Source: Oculina patagonica (taxonomy: Eukaryota). From it: 64,000 bases of DNA. The stretch covers positions 26,598,001 through 26,662,000 of the forward strand of contig NC_135766.1 in the NCBI RefSeq assembly GCF_052425735.1, in the 5' to 3' direction. The notes below the pieces were generated by a model. It ran no database searches, was not told the DNA's origin, and was given only the letters and a program-made list of their open reading frames with translations. Positions 55,069-64,000 of this stretch are shown piece after piece (the first letter of the stretch is position 1; each line of letters opens with the position of its first letter). The position numbers and the translations under genes were made by a program.

Positions 55069-56801
55069 CTAAAACACGCCAGCTTTAACAGCCACGTACA
55101 GCACATTACCAATCATAAATGCATTACACGCTGCGCCAACCATGAAACCCATGCCTCTTGGCAAGCTGATGGCGTTCAAGTAGCAAATGGTGTGGAGGAT
55201 CCTTGCAGCTGTGAAGATGCGCATGCACCAAATGGCTCTCATGGCTGGCAAGTTGGTAAACGAGTACAACAAGGCCACAATCAAAAATATGGGGATGTTT
55301 TCCAGATCATTGAGATGAGCTCTGAAATTTAATCAGGCAAGAAGATGGCTGTTAAAACATTTCTTTGTAATTTTACAGTTCAAATAAACTTTGTTGTTGT
55401 TGTTGTTGTTGTTGTTGTTAACAATTTCAAAAGCTACCAAACATACCTAAATGATATTTTACAGGCCCTTGTTGTCTTTTTAGTCCATTTACCTCTGCTC
55501 TCAATTCTTGTCCCCTAGAACTCCTCGATTCTTTTGGCAGGCGTGGTCTAGGTACAAGAAGATGAGCCCACCCCCCCCCCCCCAAAAAAAAAGGGTGCGT
55601 CTAATCTGAATGAAAAAAGCTTCATTTTTCAGAATTCAAACGGGCCTGACATTTAAACACTTTCCCCGTAAATTTGCTGCATAGTCACGCTTTACTTTCT
55701 ACATAACACACTTGCAGCGACGACTTCTGTACTTAATGATGTACACTAGCCTGCTCTCTTGGTACAATTTGGTCGACTGGTCTAATTTGAGAGTGAATGA
55801 GAACAACGTGAATACCTTCTAACTCTCTCCACATCATCATTGTGCGGCACTGGTTTATCTTTGCCCTTTCCGCCATAATCCTCTGGGGCTGGAAGTGCCT
55901 ACGTTAGATAAATGTACAACGAAGTCCAGAGGTTAGCGCAAAGATTTTTAAGACTATTAAACGCTTTTGTTCCGTTCCTTAATTTATAAGTCCAGTCCAG
56001 ATGAGCTGTTCTACTCCGTTGGCTGCATAAAACTCAGGCTGCAAGGCGAGCAAAATTAATTATACGCGCAGTTTGATATCTTTCTCTTTCGCCCGTTTTT
56101 TCGCCCATTTCCGCAACACGAGAGTACGGTGGCCCGTACGAGAGCCTTGAACAGGCTTAAAACAGAAAATCATCTTTACGTCATACGTATATATCCTGAA
56201 AGGCCATTTAGGATGTACACTCCACTATTAAATCGAGTTTTTCCAAAAGTAAAGTAAACAAGGAAACAATGAAGTAACGATCGATCGATTGGAATGCATG
56301 CAGACTTAATTAATTTCTTCAATAACATACTCGTATTTCTTGCCAGTGCGCGCGATCGCAGTTGGTAGCGTCAAATGTATAAATGATGCAGTCTTCCTCT
56401 TATCATCTACCCTCGAGGTTTTGTACCTTTCGATTGTTAAAAGAGGCATTAAAATCGAAAACATTTATCATTCCATATAGTGGCGTTAGTTCGCTGTTGG
56501 GAGTCGTTCGCCTAAATCAAGTTATGTTCATAAATTTAGAAGGGAAGCTTTTATACTTTTAAAAAAATCAAACCGTCATTTCTTTATAACTTGAATTTTT
56601 TGCCATTCCGTCATGATTTAGCATCTTTAGATGGGACAGGGGCTCCCACAGTAGTTATTTCGCAACTTGTTCTGGTCTTACCTTGTTCTTGATGCGATGT
56701 CTTGCAGTAAAGAAAGACATGGCCCAAGTTTTTAGCAAAAGAATGCCGCCATAGAAAATATAGGCAGAAAGCAAACGATCATCAATCGTTAGTGTTACCA
56801 T
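55069..56801 (-). CDS. MGST1: MGST1-like (MAPEG), copy C, 151 aa
   Basis: Exons 56682-56801, 55816-55898, 55069-55321; exon sizes (120/83/253) match copy A; intact frame. Confidence 0.9.
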
Positions 56802-56872
56802 TTTGTAACTGGAGGCAAATGCTAGTTAGAACGAACACCTACGAGTCTGCAAAATAATAGCCGCCCACCGAA

Positions 56873-56957
56873 CCACGCAAAAGGCAAGCAAGCCTCGTTG
56901 ACTCGTCACGCGATCACGCGATCATGTGATCACGCAACGAGTAAACAATGACTCAGC
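56873..56957 (-). promoter_or_regulatory. MGST-C proximal promoter: 4x CACGCNA (XRE-like) + TGACTCAGC (ARE/AP-1)
   Basis: Motif matches seen directly. Similar motifs at 54376-54420 (copy B) and ~37120 (copy A). Confidence 0.5.
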
Positions 56958-57489
56958 TGTTATCGCATCCTGACCACGTGACAGGAGTGACATTGAACCA
57001 ATTGCTACACAAGACCAGTGAAGAGAAGCTTGTTGAAATGGAGACTGTTGGAAACAAACAGTTTTCGTTAGCTTTGCAGCTATCCTGGCGATAAATCTTC
57101 CTTTTTAGCGTTTTTCTCTGGACGGCCTCACGAATGATTTCCGCAAATCTGCATCTTGTTTTAGATTTTTTTTTTCTATTTTTTGCTTCTCACCCGGTTA
57201 TCGGACAGTTATACAAAGGATGAATTGCGAATAATACTTCAAAAATCGACGGTTCTACTATTTAGACAAATATTTAACGACACAACCTGTACACTAACAT
57301 ATATCAAAAAAATTAAACTATTTTCCTGTTAATTGTGACACCTTGTGAAGCAGGAGTTCTGAAGTGAGATCCCCTTAGAACTACACCAGAGAATTGTATA
57401 TGTTGTCAGGAGAACTTTATGCTCGTGATGCTTTGAGGTGTGTTTGATGACGTGACTCCCATGCTAGTAAACCAAGACTTATATGACTA

Positions 57490-57968
57490 CAGTAGAACCC
57501 CGGTAACTCGAACTCTGAAGGGAAACGAAAAACAGTTCGAGTTAGCGGGGTTGAGTTATCGGGGTCGATTGAATACTTATTTGCCAAGTTATAATTGATA
57601 TTTACTGATTTTCAGCACTACAGTATACAGTACAGTCAAATGAACTTATCTTGCCAGAAACTCTAACACGGCCATACATTCTAATGATAAGAGTGGAAAA
57701 TGGCGTCAAATACGTGATCTGTTCGTTGCTCTAATCATGGGCAACCGTGGCCGGCGTCTTGCAAGAACCGGAAGAGTTATGGGGTAAATTTGACCCAAAT
57801 TTTGTTCAAGGGAAACGAAATTTAGTTCGAGTTAACGGGGTTTTCGAGTTATCCGAGTTCGAGTTAACCGAGTAAAAATGACTGTGGGGTCTCCAAGGGA
57901 AATGGAAGTTTGTTTGAGTTAGCGGGGTTGTTCGAGTTATCCGAGTTCGAGTTACCGCGGTTCTACTG
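57490..57968. mobile_element. pogo/Tigger-type MITE
   Basis: TA|CAGTAGAACC.CGGTAACTCGAACTC TIRs|TA; internal TTCGAGTTA repeats. Confidence 0.85.
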
Positions 57969-60397
57969 TAATTGTGTACTTCCTTTGTAATGACATTTGC
58001 AAATGGTTAGAAGTTCTAGTCTTCTCATATAAAAGTGATAAACCGTAGGCCCCGTCTCCTGCATCTTAGAACCCACACACTCATCTCAAAGAGTAGGGCA
58101 CGGAGTTCCCGGTGTCGTGGTCTGGCCTTGTTTCAAGGGTTGGTGCTTTACATAGAGTTAACCTCATTGCGCCTTTTCCCCTTGGACGGAATTGTCCAAG
58201 AAAAATTGCTATGACTGGCACTATGACTATGAACTTTCCTGATTGATCAAAATATCTGGCAATGTTTTCTTTTCTATTTTCTAAATCTTTAGTTAGTGCA
58301 AGTGGTCCTTTGCTTGTTTAACAGAAGTCTTTTGATAATATCATTTAAGATGCTTTATCATGCTGAATTGGCCAATCTGACTGGTCGTCATGGAAACCTA
58401 TGAACAAGAAGTTTTGCTGACAGGGTGAAGCCCGAGGGATAAGGGACTACACTGATTAGCTTGGAAGACAAAACGTATCACTTCCATTTTCAATTTGAAT
58501 CAATCTACCAGCATGAATCAAGCTGTGAGTTTTGCAATCCCCTTTCAATCGGTCCCCTAACAATTCAGCGAACAGCTTTTTTACCAATTATGTTCCAGTA
58601 GCCTTCGATCCCATTCAAAAGATTAATTCCCGTTGATCAAAAGGGCCTAAAGGCTAAACAAGATCATTAGTGATTTGAGAATACCGCTTTCTGTAGCTCC
58701 GGGCGAGAGGGTACTCCCACATGTAGGCAAATGTGGGTTTGTACTGCGAAATAGGGTATAGTTTTTGCCCCTTTTGGCGATGTGATCCGGTGTGATCCTT
58801 ACATAGGATTCCTTTAAATTGTATTAGCTAAAATTGTAGAGCGAAAACTCCCAGGTAACCAAAAATAAATAATAAATAAAAACTTAAAGGTATAGTCCAT
58901 TAAAACTGAAACTAAACTGCCCAGCCTCATTTGGTATGCAAGTCCAATGATTGAATACTCCTATCATCTTGCTAGATTACGGTAGCAATTAGTCGATATA
59001 GAACACTATGAGAGTAAAGTTTCTTCCGAAACAAACTGCCATTACAAGTCAAACCTGCTGAGTGCGGAAATGCAACGTTAGAATAAAATGTCTTGCCCAC
59101 GTAAAAAAACTGTGGTTTCCGGCGAAGTTAACACACTAGAAAATATCTATCCATAACGGCCAACGTGCCTACCACAAAATCCGTTTTATTAGCAACTACC
59201 GGTATGCCATTTTTTTTCTTGCACTGGACATTACGAAGTTTCAAGAACAACATAAACCGATAGGACAACATGGGTAGTTTTAAATTTGGAACTAATTGGA
59301 TAAAAAATTTCCGAAAACGTCGGAAATGTTTTATCCAATTATTTACGAAACTGCTCAGCACTTAATTATTTAATTAATCCTACTCTGTTAGCAAATCATG
59401 AAATATTCAGTAAACGAGCAAGTAGGTAGTTGGTCTTCAACTAGTGTGGGCTGAAATACAAATGTTTTAGCAATCAACCCGACTAAATTTACTGCTCCTA
59501 CGCGAAGTTTTTTTGGCTCGGAGGCGAAAGTAACTGTTATTTTGCTCAACGGAAATGATGTGTTAGGGCGGAGAACGGATATAAAAGATTACATTTTTCC
59601 GTTGCGTTTTCTCTCTTGCCGTATTTCCTTTAAAATCCTGTTTGTGTGTGATCATCAACCTTTTATGGCAACAAAATTTGTTGACGCAAATTATGTTATG
59701 ACTGTGCGCCCAAGGGAATCACTGCATTGTGTTTGAAGAAATAATTTAATTCAGATTTTTACATTTTCACATCTTCTGTTAAATACTACCAACAACAAAT
59801 GCCTTTTTACATAAAACATGTTTAAAATAAATAAAACGACTATAAAATGTCTACTTTCTGTTCGGTGTTAAATTAAAATTGCCCCGTTTTGGAATATCCA
59901 CAAGCAAACAAGCTTGTTTCGCGACTCACAGGCCACAAATAATATAAAACTACTCAATGTACCAATAATATGCGGGCGATTGAGCGGATTATCTCGAAAA
60001 AATACAAATAAAGCCTTTGTTTATAAAATAAGCGAAATATTTTGTCTGATCGTCGGATATTACAACAACGCAGGCCTGTTCGTTTTCTAAACCAAGTTCA
60101 CACAGTCAAATATTATAAGTCCCTGAAATGCCGGTAATGCACGGTGAAACACATGTCACTGAGCGTCATATATAAATTAAGTGGGCTCTCTCGTAATTTT
60201 ACTCCCTCCGCTTTGAATTTGCTGAGATGGCAGGCTTTCTTCTTTTTTTCCGGTTTCCAGGGAAACTTGCTAAAAGCAGCTTTCTTCGACATCGCAGCAA
60301 CGTCAAGTGAAGCCGGAATAAAACCTCAGCATTCCACACACACTTGATAAATATTCTTTTTCACTCTGTTCAATTCAATGCATCAAGATCAGCATTT

Positions 60398-60655
60398 CTA
60401 GCAAAGTTCTGACAGACATCCATAGCTTTTGCTGTGCTTGAGTAATCTTGAAGAGATGGAGATGAGGAAAAAACAGCCCAAAATTATCACAACGGCGCTG
60501 TATTCCAGCACGACCTCTTGAAAAGAATAGAGCCTTGTGATGCGAGAACCTTCCATTTGCGAACCGTGGCCTGATCTTGAAGAAGAATCGTGAGTTGTTG
60601 TTGTTATGAGGGGTTGTTCAGTCATCATTCTTGAATGTGTTTTGTTTTGTTCCAT
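60398..60655 (-). CDS. Putative small single-pass membrane protein (85 aa), function unknown
   Basis: ATG-started ORF with a polar N-terminus and one hydrophobic stretch (SAVVIILGCFFLISIS). TATA box (TATAAAAG, minus, ~60740) and perfect CRE TGACGTCA (~60767) upstream. Confidence 0.45.
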   Translation of the reverse strand: MEQNKTHSRMMTEQPLITTTTHDSSSRSGHGSQMEGSRITRLYSFQEVVLEYSAVVIILGCFFLISISSRLLKHSKSYGCLSELC

Positions 60656-63600
60656 TTCTTCACCGTCAGCGCCTTGGAATGGGTTCTAAATCGGGCGAGG
60701 AATTTTTACCAACTGAAGATCCTTTTCTAAATCAAACGCTTTTATAGCGAGATGTTGTAACACGATTGACGTCATATCCGGTAAGGCGAGAACCACAATT
60801 GACTTTATGAACGGAACTTAACGCCATTTAACGTCCATTAATCAGCATGTGTTGATAACAGATGTCACCGATAAAACGGTAATCTCCTCGAAAAAACTTG
60901 TTAAATTTATATTTGTAAACAGGTTAATTTGATTTCGCCATTGGGGATGAAAGAGGTGTTAAGAAGAAAGAAGATCCAAATTCCACATACAGATATTAGG
61001 CAAGATTTGGAATTAAGAATTTTACTGTGGAATCTCGATTGTCAAAGCCTCAAGAGAAACAAAAATTGAGAAATCTGAGGCAAAATTAATATTAGTCTTG
61101 GACTGTGGGAACGGAAACGATTTTTGGTTCTAGTTATCTGAAAGAACAAAAAATATCGGGGGTACGGGTACAAGAAATCAACATTCTATTGCATTCAGTA
61201 CAACAACAGAAAGTTAATTTACAAACATTTACATAGATAGTATTGCAGGGAAAAAAGATTACATAAATAACAAGAAAACAGAGTAAATTTTTAATCTTGC
61301 ATGTATTGTTTCGCTTGTTGCAACCACCTATTGGGCAAGAGTGTAATCATGGTAATCGAGTTGGCGGCGTGGAGTGAAAATTGAAGCCCTGATCGAAGCC
61401 AAAACACGTGAAACAGAATCGTGCACGTTTTATAGTTTACCTTGTGAGTTGGCGGCGCGTCAAGAGATCAAGTAAGGCGGATTGTATGCTGACATAATTC
61501 CTACTAAGTAAAAGCGGCAATTTATCATAAAAAGGTTTTCACAGCCTCTTATCCTTAAGAAAGAAAAATACTTCGTTTTCAGATTATTGCAAATCACCGT
61601 GTGAAAGGATTGTTGTGTTTAATAAGACCATAGGAATCAAGTTACTAAAAAAACTCCACATCTGCATGCAGGTCCGAGCCGTGCTGCGATTCACACGCCC
61701 TCCATAAGGGTTATAGCATCTTATAGAGCTGTTGTAGCATTTACAAATTTTGTGGTAATCCAAAGTCAATGCAATTAACTACAAACTAAACCGCCAACTA
61801 AACAAGAAGAAATCTGATTAAAACAACTAGCAAAACAATCCGATCCATCAAACAGAAAAATAGCGTGCTTTATTGGTCTTTATTAGAGCAGCAGTTCTGA
61901 AGACAGTTTCAAATTTCTGAAAGTTTATACTTTGTTAAAACCCTCAATCTTCTAAAATGTCAATTGAAAGCTTAAAATTAAAGCTAATAAAGCCACATAC
62001 AGATAAAACAAACAGTGTTGAAGGCTTTATGAACCTAAAGTGACTTAAATACGAAAGGAACTTTTACATATTTTACATACGTTTTCTTGTAGTCTCTCTC
62101 GCAGCGGTTTACACTACCCCTCCCTCCCCCCCCCCCCTAAAAAAAACAACAACATCATGTCCCGAAAAACATGCAGTTCCAAAGCACCTCCAATTCCCCG
62201 CAAAAGAAAAAGCCAAAAAGTAAACAAGGAGTACGGAAATTCTTGTTGAAGAATTTGCGACAATTTTTTTTATTGATCCGAGATTAAAAAGCCACTGAAC
62301 AAAACGTTCCAAGTGAAAAAATTCGGTGTCTAATGAGATTTTGCGTCCATGACGCATGCGTTTCGTTTTGACGCGCGCGCTAAAATCGCAGCTGTATTTT
62401 ATCAGATTCTTTGCACGATGATGGCGCGCTCAGGAAATGAACTCTGAAAAAATATTTTTTACCGGCCACATTTGTGCCAGTATTGTTCAGTGGCGAGTCA
62501 CGTCCAGTTCGAATATCACGCAAACGTTTGCAATGTTGTTTTGTGTGAAAACACCAGTCGAGAAAAGTTGTACATTGTGTCATAGGGGGTGCATGTATCA
62601 CACGTGGACTAAATATTTGATGAAAAAGCTAAATAACCCAAAATCGTTTCTCTCTTACGAGGAGAAGCAAAAATATCAGACATACTCATTCAACACCATG
62701 TTGAATCAAATATTTGATAGTTTAGCTGGGCTCGGTCAAAGCTAACTAAAGTGTTGAAAATCGATGCGGCCTCAGAAGAGTTATTGTACCAGGCCATTGT
62801 GTTATGACCATGGGGGGGGGGGGGGGGAGGGGGGAGGGAGAAGATCTGGCAAATCTTCAAAAAATTCCTGCACTGTAAAATTAAAGTGAAGAAATAAAAG
62901 GCGTGCTTAACGAATCAAAGGAATAAGCCCTGAATGCTAATCTTCTTAATGAAACAAATCAAAACAACATGAAAAAGAGAAAACAATTTTCACAGAACCT
63001 AAACGTGGAAAGAATGTTGCCAAAAAGAAAGGTAGCACGATTCTTCTCAGAATCTCCCCCGCGCCCTAAAAACATAAAGTGGTCCTCAAAAAATCTGCGT
63101 TTGTTTATCTAATTGAATTCTTTCGTGATCATCTGTGTTGAACTCTTGACAAAATAGACAATTTGTATTTTTAAACGGACCGGATATAAACTCAGTCTTT
63201 TAACTTACGTTCAAGAAACAGGATGTTCGCTGATATCAATTGAAAATTCCTCAATATTTTCAGCTTCGTCATGATCATATCATAAACATTTTCCATCTTC
63301 CATCACGTCGAATCCACTTTCATCTGAATATTTAATCCAATACTGAAGTCATCAGGGAAAATTTTAAGTTTAATTAGTTATCATCGTATTTTTGTGTGAA
63401 AGGGACAACAGCTGGTATTTATAATTCAATTCTTTCGTGATCAACAACGTTGAACCTCTGTGACCCTTAATTTTTATTTTGTGTAATCAATTAATTTAAC
63501 GATTTTCCAATTAATTGTTTCCTTTTCAGAATGTACCCTGAAATCCTTGATAATAAATCTTAATGATTAGAACCTAAAAGGAACTATTTGATGGAAATAA

Positions 63601-64000
63601 AACTTTAAAAATATACTCTCTTTTAAAATCTTCTTACGAGGTCATATTGCCCTTAAAAACGTCCTTAACATTCCACTAAAAGATAGCTTAGGTGATAGGA
63701 TACGTGTAACAACGTAGATTGAAGTCATTGAGGTCAAAATATACGTAATAACTGTAAAGAAAGACGACTAGAAAATCCATTTAAGATCTGCATGAAATAA
63801 CAGTGCCAGGATTTCCTTCTTGAGTATTATGTTCTCCATGTTCTCTGATAAAACACCTTAAATTTAAAATAAGCTACAGTGGGAAAGTGATCTGTTAACA
63901 CTGATACTGTATTTTATTTCGTATAGTGAAAATTTAACTCTTTTTATTGGATTCTTAGAAAAGTCTTAATGCAGAGGACCACACGTGACGCAAGAAAAAA

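Noticed and set aside
63105-63470. Short direct repeat AATTCTTTCGTGATCA..GTTGAAC about 310 bp apart
   Set aside because: Only two degenerate copies with no associated structure; probably an old local duplication.

Overview
AT-rich, intron-containing animal genomic DNA, most likely a stony coral or related cnidarian, judged from the histone H2B N-terminus and the repeat families. Left to right: (1) a multi-exon LOTUS+Tudor piRNA-pathway gene (TDRD7-like, minus strand, ATG 25239, running off the left edge). One intron holds two near-identical, intact Penelope-like retroelements joined head-to-head inside one apparent target-site duplication, and other introns hold many MITEs and SINEs. (2) RPS8, divergently transcribed from a shared ~480-bp promoter region, hosting a SNORD46/U40-type C/D snoRNA. 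(3) Three tandem 3-exon MAPEG (MGST1-like) genes; the middle one has an in-frame stop, and all three promoters carry CACGCNA motifs. (4) Between the first and second MGST genes, two inverted replication-dependent histone clusters (H2B-H2A-H4-H3-H1, a 350-N gap, H3-H4-H2A-H2B) with non-canonical 3' stem-loops. (5) A candidate single-TM microprotein gene near 60.5 kb. The most unusual signals are the head-to-head Penelope pair, a Crypton-like element whose terminal hairpin appears built to fold on one DNA strand only (tandem G.A pairs and a GCA triloop), and the altered histone stem-loop/HDE set. Exon coordinates were derived by hand from GT/AG sites and frame continuity; no searches were run.
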